A stretch of DNA of 63,461 nt, the filler included, from Octopus bimaculoides (taxonomy: Eukaryota), in the NCBI RefSeq assembly GCF_001194135.2. It is 7 parts of 7 records of this genome, joined end to end, with 100 filler letters (N's around TTAATTAATTAA, not from the genome) between each part and the next. Parts side by side here need not be neighbours in the genome. Positions count along the whole stretch, not along the records: positions 1 to 30,200 come from NC_068982.1; 6 more parts are not named here. One strand, 5' to 3'. A program made the translations under genes and the position numbers. The notes under the pieces were generated by a model. It saw nothing but the letters and a program-made list of their open reading frames with translations, searched no databases and was not told where the DNA came from. This document shows, in pieces, positions 14,065 to 26,409 of this stretch (position 1 is its first letter; the number at the start of each line of letters is the position of its first letter).

Positions 14065-14133
14065 CGCCAATATCAAAAAGAAATGAAAAAAATTGGGAAA
14101 AAATTATCGGAAGAAAATGTTGATTCTTCAGTC
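14065..14133 (+). CDS. EVC2/limbin-like gene, exon d (RQYQKEMKKIGKKLSEENVDSSV)
   Basis: ttgtttcAG acceptor, GTaaga donor; 69 nt, phase 0/0. RQYQKEM recalls NQYQREM of vertebrate EVC2 (recalled from memory). Confidence 0.75.
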
Positions 14134-15370
14134 GTAAGACAAAATTATTATCTATTTTCAAAATTTCATATTTAGTAAATTGCCATACTTCATGCAATTA
14201 GTACATTTCTAATCTTGAAATATATTTCTATAATTATAGCATCAAGCAAATTTTCGAGTTCATGTATTTTAATCTAGTAAACACTTCTGTACTCTGTTTA
14301 TTCATGTACATATTTGCTGAAGTTGCAGTGCTTTTCCTTCTATGAATGTCTGACGGGCTGCACTGTGAAATGGTAATAAACAAGCACATTGCTATTATGG
14401 TAACAAATTATCACATCACTGTCATAGTAATTATTACATACGCGTTATCACTTTTGCAACGTGATTTTAAATGTTTACATTATAGTAAAATATATGGCAT
14501 TATGTCTTTGTCGTTGCAAACAATTATCACACTTGTCACTTAATTTATCGTTATTATAAACTATTATGTGGTTGTCGTAAACATCACATCATTGTAGTAA
14601 ATTATCCAATATGTATCGTAATTAAATATATCACACTTGTACTATTGTCATAAATCGCATTATTATGATGATTTATTACATCTGTACGATTGTTTGAAAA
14701 CACTACAGAAATAAATTATGAGAATTCTATCATTGTAGCAAGCTACAACAGTTGCATGATTGCAGTAGGTTACCATATTTATTACTTTGCAATAAATTAC
14801 ACTGGAAAATATCACATTTCAACACATATCGTTGCAACAGATAACATTGCTCTATAACACATGATAACATACTTTATAGATTGACAGAATCGTTAGAGTA
14901 TCGAATTAAATGTGGTTCGGTATTTACTTTCGACCATTTATATTCTATGTTCAAATCCTACTGAGATCAGTTTTACCTTTCCTCCTTCTAGGGGTCAGTA
15001 AATGAAAATGCAAAATACAGTGACGACTTATATCCTTATGAAGCATCATAGATGCGGCTTGAATTATAATAGAAAACTAAAACGGTTCAAGAATTGATTG
15101 TGTTATTGTTATAAATAAAAAGGCTTCAATCAACTACACTTGAACGTCTTTTAATACTAACCATGTACTTAGACAAAACCTTACATTCCCTTATTTATAG
15201 AATTATTTTCTTTCCTTTCAATTCATGATTTAGATTGACAGAATAAACAGCGTGTTACTTAAAGTAGAATCAGAGATTGCGATGAACAACGACACCAGTC
15301 AGAAGGAAATGATGCAGGCAAGACATTTATTTGTTTATTCTATGGATCTACAGGTCTACTTTTACAATTC

Positions 15371-15503
15371 TCTATAGGTCTAATTTTACTCTATAGGTCT
15401 AGTTTTAATCTATAGGTCTAATTTTACTCTATAGGTCTAGTTTTAATCTATAGGTCTAATTTTTCTCTATAGGTCTAGTTTTAATCTATAGGTCTAATTT
15501 TAC
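15371..15503. repeat. 19-bp minisatellite x7 with alternating A/B units
   Basis: TCTATAGGTCTAATTTTAC and TCTATAGGTCTAGTTTTAA alternate ABABA'BA; one degenerate unit at 15347. Confidence 0.95.
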
Positions 15504-16562
15504 TATACTCTCAACAAATTGTGAGTGCTCGATACCTTATCTTGGAATTCGAGAGTTCATAAACGAAACAAACAAATATTTGTCTCTCGGGATCTTGCTG
15601 GTGGCGCCTTCGGTAGGTTACCGATAAAAGCGTTACAATTCGTCAGACAGAATAAGTCTACTTAAAAATCAGGTATAAATCAAAAACAAACATAAAGCTC
15701 TACACGATGTGAGAGAGAGCCTCACAAAAATTTAAAAGAAATGTCCAGGATATACGTGCATGTGCGTGTGCTCGTGTGTGTATAAATCCAGGTGTAATCT
15801 GGATTATGTTTACGTCAGTGTGATAAGATGATCCCCAAATAAATAATATCTAAGTTGGATACAAGCCACAATGAAATATAAAAAAAAAGCACAACTGAAA
15901 AAGGCAAAAAATCAGTGTGCTGGACATTGTAGAAGAAGCAAAAAAAACAATAGTTGACTTTTTGGAAAATGGTCCTTCATCAAATCAGAAAAAGGGAGAA
16001 AGGAAACAAGACGACGAGAAGAGAAAATGGAATGAAAAACATGGTGTTTGTTCAGAGTTGTATACTCAATCACATCTTACGCAAACTTCATTTGACGACA
16101 CTACCTTCTACTATATTCGCCTGTCATTCTTACTTACCTTACTTTTACTCTCCTTTGCCAAAAAAAGAACATATTTATTCTCCAATTTCATTTTCGCAAT
16201 TCCAGTATGTTACAGCCCTGAACAAACATGTCATACCACTCATTTTCTCAAGCGTGTAAATACAGAAAAACCAAAAGAAAGTAATTAACTTTTAAATCAT
16301 AATTAGACAAATATTAAGGCATATTTCACAAAGTGTTTTGCTGTTTTTATTTCATTCGTAACAATTTGCTGTTTTGGGTTTATTATTTGGGGATAGTTGA
16401 ATGATTAATTCTCAAGTTACAAAGAAGCTCTAATCGATGTTTGATAATGATAACTGATGATAACTTCTTTTTTAGAAACTGAATGATTTTGGTCCACGAA
16501 TTTTCAAAGTTAGCTATTTGACAGAATAACTAAATTGCTCATTGTTGCAATTCCTTCTTCAG

Positions 16563-16779
16563 AACCTCGATACAAGACAGTTAATTCGTCAAACAGCAGC
16601 CGAGAAGAAGTTACTGCGGGAAAAAGAAGAGAAAGATGGTGTAGAGAATACAGTTAATCTGGTTTGTGATTTGCTTAAACAACTTGTAAGTTCAGGAGAA
16701 ATATCTGATCACCAAAACAAACAACTTATGGATGAATTTAGGACCGACGTGGATGCCAAAAAGAAACAACTCGATGATA
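16563..16779 (+). CDS. EVC2/limbin-like gene, exon e (NLDTRQLIRQ...LVSSGEISDHQNKQLMDEF...KKQLDD)
   Basis: ccttcttcAG acceptor, GTaaga donor; 217 nt, phase 0/1, inside ORF 16542..16907. Confidence 0.85.
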
Positions 16780-17249
16780 GTAAGAAACTTTTTGTTGTCA
16801 GGATAATAATAACTCTGTTTCTTTATCTATCTCTTTTTCAACCATGTATGTATCTTTGTAAATGTAGCACTGCGTATATGAGATGTACGGATGTAACACT
16901 TGACTGATTGGTTAAGAACCACGAGGTCTGCCATTTAATCTCACTGCATCGCATCACAGCCTTGGACTTACCCACGCCTCGTGAGAAAAGTTAGGCCGAT
17001 GGAAACCCATCGCATGGACTGTATCTATAATTTAAATGGCCGATCATGTAACTTGTTAATTCTGTTAAAGGTACAAGTATCTGTGGAATTTTTTTACTCA
17101 GCCGCTTACACTACAATTCAGTGAGTAGATGGATCTGTTCTTTGAACGACTGGCATACGTAACGTCAAAAGAGACGCGAGATATATTTATTATATCAGAT
17201 GTAGGAGTTTGTGTGTTTTCGGTCGATGCTTTACCTTTTATTTTTTTAC

Positions 17250-17469
17250 TTTTTATGTTTCAGTCGTTAAACTGCGGTCATGCTGGAGCACCGCCTTGAA
17301 GGGTTTAGTCCAACAAGTTGACACCAGTACTGTTTCCTTAAAGCTTCTTACTTATTCTGTCTGTCTTTATTTGCTTAACCGCTAAGTTATGGGGACGTAA
17401 TTACACCAACACCGGTTGTGAAGCGGTGGTGGAGGACAAACACAAGCACAAAGATACACACATAGAAAT

Positions 17470-17533
<64 letters not shown>

Positions 17534-17703
17534 TATAAACACGATGGGCTTCTTTCAGTTTCCGTCAACCTAATCCACTCACAAGGCTTTGGTCGGCCCG
17601 AAACTTAAGTAGAAGACACTTGCTCAAGGTGCCACCCAGTGGGACTGAACCCAGAACTATGTGGGCTGAGAAGCAAACTTCTTAGCACACAGACAGTATC
17701 GCG
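17250..17703 (-). mobile_element. SINE family A: tRNA head, conserved central domain, internal (TA)n/(CA)n, 3' body
   Basis: Central block GCCTTGTGAGTGGATTNGGTAGACGGAAACTGAAAGAAGCCCRTCG resembles the MetaSINE/MESC domain. Other full or partial copies near 19150-19870, 20555-20680, 25400-25624, 31815-32480, 36750-36860, 39660-39832, 42600-42765, 43265-43420, 51195-51350, 52880-52978, 58590-58753 and 62520-62625. Confidence 0.8.
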
Positions 17704-17984
17704 TGGCTGTGTAGTAAAAACGATAGTGTACAAAGTTTATTCAGTTGACGCAGTTTTTACGATTTGCTTATGCCTAACTATAACTGACCAAATGGTTATC
17801 GAGATTAACAGTTTGGCCCTTGCTAATTCAAAGACCAAGTTTCAAGTAATATACTAATAATGATAATAATAGTCTTTTCTACTATAGGCACAAAGCCTGT
17901 AATTTGCGGTGGGTGGTAAATCAATTACATCGACCCCAGTGCTCAACTAGTACTTATTTGATAGACCCCCAAAGAATAAAAATC

Positions 17985-17993
17985 AAAATAATA

Positions 17994-18043
<50 letters not shown>

Positions 18044-18168
18044 AATAACAATAATAATAATAATAATGGTAATAATAATGGTAATAATAATAATGATGAT
18101 GATGATGATAATGATAACAACAACAACAACAACAACAACAACAACNNNNNNNNNNTAATAATGATGAT

Positions 18169-18258
<90 letters not shown>
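17985..18258. repeat. Compound (ATG)n/(AAT)n/(AAC)n microsatellite
   Basis: Directly visible; explains the poly-M, poly-I and poly-T ORFs. Confidence 0.95.
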
Positions 18259-18259
<1 letters not shown>

Positions 18260-18519
18260 GCCCGGATGCAGTACCAGGCAGTGGCTCTCATGGCTTCTGG
18301 TCTTAATTGATTGGAAGTATTATCATGTACATTGCTTTGTCTTGGTATAAAAGATGGGCCACAGCAAATATTCGGCTTAATACTGCAGAAAACAGCACTG
18401 CTTGGAACCACCCGAATACTCCGGAAGGTGCTCGAAAAATAAGAGGAGTTACCTTAGTTCACTGGTAGTGAACTGCTGGCACCGCGGTGCATCTCCAGCG
18501 TTAGAAGCTGTAAAAGGGC

Positions 18520-18550
<31 letters not shown>

Positions 18551-19421
18551 GTTTCAAATAATAATAATTTCTTACATAGACACAAAATTTTGAGCGAAGG
18601 AAGAAAGCCGATCACAAGGACTCTGAAAACTGAAAACCAAGGAAATGAACTCAGAACTTAAAGAAACATAACCAAATACCACAAGTCATTTTGTACAGCG
18701 CTTCAGCTGATTTTTCCACTATTCTCGTAAAAGTACAGATAATTTCCCATATGATTACAAGTTCACAAATCTGTAGAATGGGTTCTACGATCGATTTTCT
18801 CCTCAATCAAACTCTGTTTATCTAATAATGATTGTTTAATAGAGCGTAAAACATTTTTGCAAAGCGGGGAGGGCGGTTAAGTGTTTTATCTTGGCGAGAC
18901 ATATGAGAATATAAATTCACGATCAATATTTTTGAACGTTATCCAGGCAGCCTAAGTACGCCTCTTTTCTTTGCTATTAATCCAATAATTCGACTGAAAT
19001 AGATTTATTAATTGTTTATCTGGTACGCTGGTTGAATTAGGTAAAATAATGTCTTGGCTAAAAAATAATACCATGCCCGTCTTAGGAATTGAACCTAAGT
19101 AACCCAGCCACCTCTGCAGAAGTCGATGCTCTCTCATACAAACAGAAACATCTTTTACTTGTTTCAGTCGTTGAACTGTGACCATGCCGGGGCACTGTCT
19201 TGAAGGATTTAGTCGAAATAAATCTATTCCAGTACTCATTTTTTTTTAAATCTGGTACTTATTCTATCGGCTTCTTTTGCCGAACCGCTAAGTCACAGAG
19301 ACGTAAACAAACTAGCACCGGTTGTCAAGCAAACACAGCACAACACACACACACGCGCGCACACACACGCACACACACACGCACACACACACGCACACAC
19401 ATATATATATATATTATTCTT

Positions 19422-19524
19422 AAGAATGTTGTTGATTGTGACTTCGAAGTTTCAGTCAGCTAAGCCATCGTCCGACATTGGCTTAGCTGGCCGAAACTTC
19501 GAAATCACTGTCAACAGCATTCTT
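19422..19524. repeat. Foldback hairpin (46-bp arms, 11-nt loop)
   Basis: 19422-19467 and 19479-19524 are reverse complements with 6 mismatches; pairing extends weakly to 19413-19538. Confidence 0.9.
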
Positions 19525-19716
19525 GTTTCAGAATAATAAATTTGTACTCTACAAAAGTATACGGTAACCCATAAGGTTAATGTTAAATTGTTTTTATTAT
19601 TACTGANNNNNNNNNNNNNNNNNNNNNNNNNNNNNNNNNNNNNNNNNNNNNNNNNNNNNNNNNNNNNNNNNNNNNNNNNNNNNNNNNNNNNNNNNNNNNN
19701 NNNNNNNNNNNNNNNN

Positions 19717-19757
<41 letters not shown>

Positions 19758-19918
19758 CATTCGACGGGCTTCTTCCAGTTTCCGTCTATGAAATCAACTC
19801 ACAAGGCTTTGGTCGGTCTGGGGCTTAGTAAGAAGACACTTCCCCAAAGTGCCGTGCAATGGGGCTGAACTACATACACAGACAGACACATACATATCAT
19901 TTCTATTCCTGTTTACAG

Positions 19919-20073
19919 ATGCTGCGCAGGAGTTAACTACGTTGACCAACAATTTGAACCAAAAGCGTAATGAACATCTACAGAAACTTGAAGAAAACCA
20001 TCAAAACCTAAAGAAAATGTATTTCGAAGAATTCCAAGCTGAAAAGACTGAAAATTTCGATGCTAGTCTTAAA
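19919..20073 (+). CDS. EVC2/limbin-like gene, exon f (AAQELTTLTNNLNQKRNEHLQKLEE...DASLK)
   Basis: cctgtttacAG acceptor, GTaatt donor; 155 nt, phase 1/0, matching exon e; heptad-like sequence. Confidence 0.85.
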
Positions 20074-20680
20074 GTAATTTCAAATTTTTATTAATAACCA
20101 AGACATAGTTGTACGTTTAATAAGTTCGTTTTAAAACTACGTAGTTCCAGATTCTATTCTACTGTGCAGCACCAAAGAGTATGTTAGAAATTAGATAAAT
20201 AGAAAACGATAAAGTAAATATTTGGGTCGATGGTCCAAGTTACTGCTCATTTCTAATTATCCCAACACTGTATCGTGTTTCTGTTAATACATACATGTGT
20301 GTGTAGGGGGGCGGGGTTCACTGATTCCAGTCACTGGATTGCGTACATACTGGGACACAGCGCCTTCAAGCGTATAATCGACAATATCCACCCCAGAACT
20401 TATTTCAGTCTTAAATTTGTTTTAGCGTTTAGCTATTTGTCGAATCGCTAAGTTATACTATTGGACAACAACACTAGTTACACATTTTAAAACGATACAT
20501 ATTTATAAATACAGACAAGTACGCAGATATAAATATACAGATACATATACATGACGGGCTTCCGCACAGTTTCGGTCAACCAAATTCCAATCACAACCTG
20601 TTAGCAAACCCGAAGCTTTGACAGAAGACATATGGCCAACTTGCTGAACAGACTAGATTGAACTCGGAACTATATGGTTG

Positions 20681-20869
20681 TAAAGGAAATAATTTTATTG
20701 TCAAACGCAGGATAATGCTAATAGTATAGCATGAACAGGATAAACTATCCATATTTTGCAGAAAAATTTGTCGGCGGCCAGAGATTTTTCTGCAAAATAT
20801 GAATGATTCATTCTGTTCATTCTATATTATTAGCATTATTCTACGTTTGAGAATAAAATTATTTCCTTA
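20681..20869. mobile_element. Foldback MITE (~85-bp arms, ~17-nt spacer)
   Basis: Left arm TAAAGGAAATAATTTTATTGTCAAACG...CATATTTTGCAGAAAAA is the reverse complement of the right arm with scattered mismatches; TA at both ends. Confidence 0.8.
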
Positions 20870-20940
20870 TCTGTATCTTTCAATACATCTCAATGCTTCT
20901 AAAGCAAACTTCATTTATTGACTTTCAGCGTAGGTTAAAT

Positions 20941-21025
<85 letters not shown>

Positions 21026-21119
21026 GTGTGTGTGTGTGTGTGTGGTGAGTGTGTGAATATGTCATAGAGAAATTCATATTCTTAAAGACTTTTCTTAAAG
21101 ACGTGTTATTTTTTTAAAG

Positions 21120-21218
21120 AAATACAATAAACTCATTATGAAACTGAATGAAGACTGGGAAAAAGAAGTCAAAAATTTAGATCAAGAAGAAATTGAGACG
21201 GTTGAATCATATCTTAAA
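21120..21218 (+). CDS. EVC2/limbin-like gene, exon g (KYNKLIMKLNEDWEKEVKNLDQEEIETVESYLK)
   Basis: tttttaaAG acceptor, GTAAGT donor; 99 nt, phase 0/0. Confidence 0.8.
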
Positions 21219-21382
21219 GTAAGTAATCCATCAATTTATTCAGTTTTTCTGGACATGATCTTTATTTACAGCTGTTAAACTTGTTACATTCTGAGTTCCA
21301 GTTCCATCGAAGACCTCTCTGCCTTTCTAAATCAAAATATCTGTCAAGTACCAAGTTTCGATGATATTATTTAATTTCCCCT

Positions 21383-21610
21383 AAGGCGGCGAGCTGGCAG
21401 AAACGTTTGCACGCCGGGCGAAATGCTTAGCGGTATTTCGTCTGTCTTTATGTTCTGAGTTCAAATTCCGCCGAGATCGACTTTGCCTTTCATCCTATTG
21501 GGGTCGATAAATTAAGTGCCAGTTGCGTACTGGGATCGATCTAATCGATTGCCCCCCCCCCTAACCCCAAAATTTTGGACCTTGTGCCTAGAGTAGAAAA
21601 GGATATTATT
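21383..21610 (+). mobile_element. SINE family B (AAGGCGGCGAGCTGGCAG head), reference copy
   Basis: B-box-like GAGTTCAAATTCC, shared body and (TTA)n tail. Related copies near 17870-17980(-), 23225-23437(-), 29120-29303(-), 40441-40671(-), 42965-43170(+), 45500-45700(+), 46150-46378(+), 46725-46915(+), 50588-50787(-), 52500-52690(+) and 60720-60920(+). Confidence 0.85.
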
Positions 21611-21910
21611 TAATCCACTCCTATGAAAATTACTGGCCTTTTGCCGAAAACAGAAACAATACCGGGTGATTGATAAACAAAATGTTAGAGCATCGAAAGA
21701 ACGCTTAGCGGCATTTATCAAGTTTTCAAATCTAATCGAGGTCAACATTGCCTTTCATCCCTCCGTGGTCGACAAAATAATGTACCAACCAAGTGCTGAG
21801 GTAGATGGCATCTACCCTCAAAATTGCAGGGTTTGTACCTAGATTAGAAAAAATTATTATTGTTGTGTTGTTGATGTTAACGTGTGTGCGTGCGTATTTG
21901 TATAGCTAGC

Positions 21911-21942
<32 letters not shown>

Positions 21943-22637
21943 AACCTTTGTGTACATATGTATATATGTATGTTTACTCTGCTAGTGATCCGCTTTCATG
22001 AGATTACGCTTGGGGCAAGGGAAGATTTAACCCTAAGGCAGGGATACTAGTTCATGGAACATCGGAACAAGTACATACATCTATGTGACATATATCTAGG
22101 AGCTGGTTCTCCTCCGAATCCTGCCTTAGTCACGAGGCTTTTTTTTTTTCTATTTGACTCATAACCGGGAACCTTGACATGTACTACTACTACCAGCCTG
22201 AGACTCAGCTGACCTTGGAATAGTTGTATTTTTTTCTTTCAAAATTCCCGAACTCTCGAGTTGGAGTCTCAAAACCGGATGCATTTTAATGACATGTTTT
22301 CCAAAAGTGATTAAATCTGATGCATCGTTTTCAATACAGATAAGAAAAAGTATAATTTTATGCAATCATCAGATTGTTATTTAGCTCCAGATCAAATCAG
22401 TTAAAATATATTCCAATCGCGGTTGCCCTAGCTTTATTTCTGTTACGGACATTTTTGTCCAATGTGTGTATGTGCATGTATTCGTATATATATATATATA
22501 TATATGGAGAGAGAGAGAGGGGGGGCTAAACCGGCTTAGCAAGAATGGACTTTCGTTCTTGCTAAGCGGATTTAACCTCTTTCGGGCATTCTAAGGCTTT
22601 TGTAATACCGTTGTACTACTACACCATAGGCTTACGC

Positions 22638-22688
<51 letters not shown>

Positions 22689-23068
22689 ACATGTGTATGT
22701 GTAAGGAACAGCTTTTCTTTCAATCATTATATTGAAGACACGACTATGTTCGAGTGAAGTATTTTTATTTTTATTAAACATTCCAAGATTATTGTTTCCT
22801 TATTAATTGTGTTTAGTTTAACTTATTCTCTTCAAATGCCTTTTGCCATCAACTCCGTCAATAGTATTGTTATAAAAATGTAATGTTATTATCGTCACAT
22901 ATATGATTGAGGCTTCAACATATTTTGCATTAATATTTTCAGTAACTAACCTTACTATTCTCCATATGTAGATGAATTTTTAAAGCAACATAACTTTCTC
23001 TTCTCCTTTTTTCTTCTTTCTCTCTCTCTCTCTCTTCTTATATTGCATCTACGAATGGCTTGTTCTAG

Positions 23069-23210
23069 CAACTTAGCGATTCTTATGCCAAGCAATTGCA
23101 AGACATAGAAGTAAACTTGTTCGAGAATATAAAAACGAAAGCAAATTCAAGTGAAGAAGACATGGAAAAATTGCTTAGCCAAAAGGAGGCTATACAGCAT
23201 AAGATCTCTG
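23069..23210 (+). CDS. EVC2/limbin-like gene, exon h (QLSDSYAKQLQDIEVNLFENIK...HKIS)
   Basis: ttgttctAG acceptor after a CT-rich tract, GTaatt donor; 142 nt, phase 0/1. Confidence 0.8.
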
Positions 23211-24946
23211 GTAATTAAATATTTATTTCAAATTTTTGGCACAAAGCCAACAATTTCCGGGGAGGGGTAAGTCGATTACATCGATCCCAGTGCTCAACTA
23301 GTATTTGTTTTAACGACTCCGAAAGTATGAAAGGTAATGTCGACCTCGGCAGAATTTGATTTCAAAATGTAAAGACAGACGAAATGCCGCTAAGCATTTT
23401 GCCCGATGTGCTAAAGTTTCTGCCAGCTCGCCGCCTTCTCTGGTAATAGGTTATTGACTTCTTTAAGTTCTTCAGCAGAATCAATGTCGGGCTGGTCAAT
23501 AAGGTATGAGACCCACAAACTGATGAGTTTCACATTTTGTATCATGAAGTTATGCTGCGTCTGTAGCCAATATTCTTTAAAAATCCACTGAGACAGTTCA
23601 TATAACTTAATCCAAAGACTACAGGCAATATCATAGTTCTATTCATCAAATTAATGCTACTTTCTACCTTTTCTAAGGATTAAGCACTACATTTACTTTT
23701 ACATAATACTTTTTTACTATGAATTATTCCCCATTTTTCGACGCTCAGATGTGATGACTATTGAATGACGGTGAGTCCAGTAAATCTTTGGACTGAAAGA
23801 GTACCAATGGCGTCTTCTTTTCCATGTAGTATATCTAGTAAAAGTTAGTTATGTGAATACTAGTGGATATTAGCATACTGAATACAGTGAGCTAAGAAAT
23901 TCTAATTCTAGACAACGACAATGGGACAGTGACCCAATAAATTAAATCAAATTAATTAAATACAAAAATAAGAGGAATGACCAGCAAAAGTGGACTCCTA
24001 TATGCTAGAAATAGATGCCGAATCATCTAAATTTTAATCTTCGGATTTTTTTAATATGCTAGACCACTGGTTTTAATTGATTAATATCAATTTCTACCCT
24101 CGTTAATAAATTTCAAATTAATTAAATGTAGAATGCAAGAATTTTGGTAGTATGATAATAACTTCTGGCCTCTTTGTCTTACTGGACCTTATCAGCGAAG
24201 TATAGTTGAACCGTTACTGTCAAATCGTTGAATAACTAGAGGTAATATACGGTTTTAGTGAACGGACTCCGAGTGGCATGTTTGGTGCATATAATCTGTC
24301 TTTCTCTAAACTCTACTTGCGGCATGATTCTCTATCAGCAGAGCAAGCTAACAAAACACTCCTCAGATTTTCATTGCTACTTACGAGTGTGCTTTCGTAG
24401 CAATTACATGAACTAGGCTTGTGAGAATTTAAGTTTCTTTTCAATGGAAATCGACAGTACTGGAAACTAGAGGGATATAACTGACACTTCAGTTAATAAA
24501 ATTCGTAAAACAACATACCTTCATATGCTGTGAGGAGAGGTGCACGAACATATCGTACTTTGCAACACAGAACATCATTAGTTATTTCGGATTCTAGACT
24601 CTTCTTTCTTTTTCAGCTAAAAGTCTCTCTTCCCCTCTCCCTCTCCTTTTCTTTCCCTCTCTCTCCCCCTCTCTTTCTTTCTTCTCTTACTCCCCTTTGC
24701 AGTGCTTTCCCGCTTATATTGATATCCTGAAGAAGACTGATTTACTTTTGTCATACTAAATGAAGGTGAAGTCTTCACTGACGACCATAATATTGGGCCA
24801 CTGATGCCACCAGATTATTTTCACTCATTCATTGAATACTCACGATATTTTCACCTCATTTACTTTTGCCACGGTTGTTTAATATTTGGTAAGTATAGCG
24901 TGCAAATTATTTCTTCAATATATGCATTTTTTTTTTTCTTTTTAAG

Positions 24947-25014
24947 AATCAAAAGAAGGTTTCCGGAAAGAACAAGAAAACCTACTTAATGAGAAAATGG
25001 AAAAACGAATGAAG
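24947..25014 (+). CDS. EVC2/limbin-like gene, exon i (ESKEGFRKEQENLLNEKMEKRMK)
   Basis: Poly-T plus aAG acceptor, GTaata donor; 68 nt, phase 1/0. Confidence 0.8.
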
Positions 25015-25779
25015 GTAATATATATATAAGAATTAAGATATAAACTCAAATTAGGCAACATACTCATACATTTATAAATTCGACTTAAAATATGTATACA
25101 TATATTAATACATATCGACACATATGAATTTTTTTTTTNNNNNNNNNNNNNNNNNNNNNNNNNNNNNNNNNNNNNNNNNNNNNNNNNNNNNNNNNNNNNN
25201 NNNNNNNNNNNNNNNNNNNNNNNNNNNNNNNNNNNNNNNNNNNNNNNNNNNNNNNNNNNNNNNNNNNNNNNNNNNNNNNNNNNNNNNNNNNNNNNNNNNN
25301 NNNNNNNNNNNNNNNNNNNNNNNNNNNNNNNNNNNNNNNNNNNNNNNNNNNNNNNNNNNNNNNNNNNNNNNNNNNNNNNNNNNNNNNNNNNNNNNNNNNN
25401 GGGGGGACGAACACAAACATACAAACATATACACACACATACATATACATATACATATATACGACAGGCTTCTTTCAGTTTCCGTCTACCAAATCCACTC
25501 ACAAGGCTTTGGTCGGCCAGAGACTATAGTAGAAGTCACTTGCCCAAGGTGCCACGCAGTGGGACTGAACCCGGAACCATGTGGTTGGTAAGCAAGCTAC
25601 TTACCACACAGCCACTCCTGCGCCTAATATTCATAAAATATAAATATACATATATAAATATACATAAAAATACAGGTAAATAAACTCATGCGGGATACGT
25701 ATAGAAGGAAGTGTGAGAAAAAGAGGACTGAAAAAGATTTTGTTTTTTTTGTACATAAGAGCGGTTAAGAGTTTTGATT

Positions 25780-26071
25780 AAAAGGTCCATAGAGTTCGGT
25801 GTGTGTGTGTGTGTGTGTGTGTGTTTAATACAAATGGTATATAAGGTATATAATACAATTCGAGGAGATTCACTTTCAACGGCCGTTTCTAGAGCTCATG
25901 TCCTGGTAGAAAAATTATTAAATCTTGCAAACCATGTGGACAACGTCTTCTTTGTCAGGAAAGGTATCCTCATAAAACTACATTCTTGATACTTGAAAGT
26001 GAACCTCCTCGAACTGTATTATATACCATTTATATTAAAAAAAAACACTCACCGAACTCTATGGACCTTTT
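25780..26071. mobile_element. MITE with bipartite TIRs, Kolobok-like
   Basis: Perfect 22-bp inverted repeat AAAAGGTCCATAGAGTTCGGTG (25780-25801, 26050-26071), a second internal inverted block (TATAATACA.TTCGAGGAG.TTCACTTTCAA), and TTAA at the left end. The right flank is lost in a gap. Confidence 0.7.
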
Positions 26072-26351
26072 NNNNNNNNNNNNNNNNNNNNNNNNNNNNN
26101 NNNNNNNNNNNNNNNNNNNNNNNNNNNNNNNNNNNNNNNNNNNNNNNNNNNNNNNNNNNNNNNNNNNNNNNNNNNNNNNNNNNNNNNNNNNNNNNNNNNN
26201 NNNNNNNNNNNNNNNNNNNNNNNNNNNNNNNNNNNNNNNNNNNNNNNNNNNNNNNNNNNNNNNNNNNNNNNNNNNNNNNNNNNNNNNNNNNNNNNNNNNN
26301 NNNNNNNNNNNNNNNNNNNNNNNNNNNNNCAACATTTGTGTATGTATATAC

Positions 26352-26409
<58 letters not shown>

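Noticed and set aside
15371-15503. CRISPR-like regular repeat
   Set aside because: Head-to-tail units with no unique spacers in a eukaryotic intron; it is a minisatellite.
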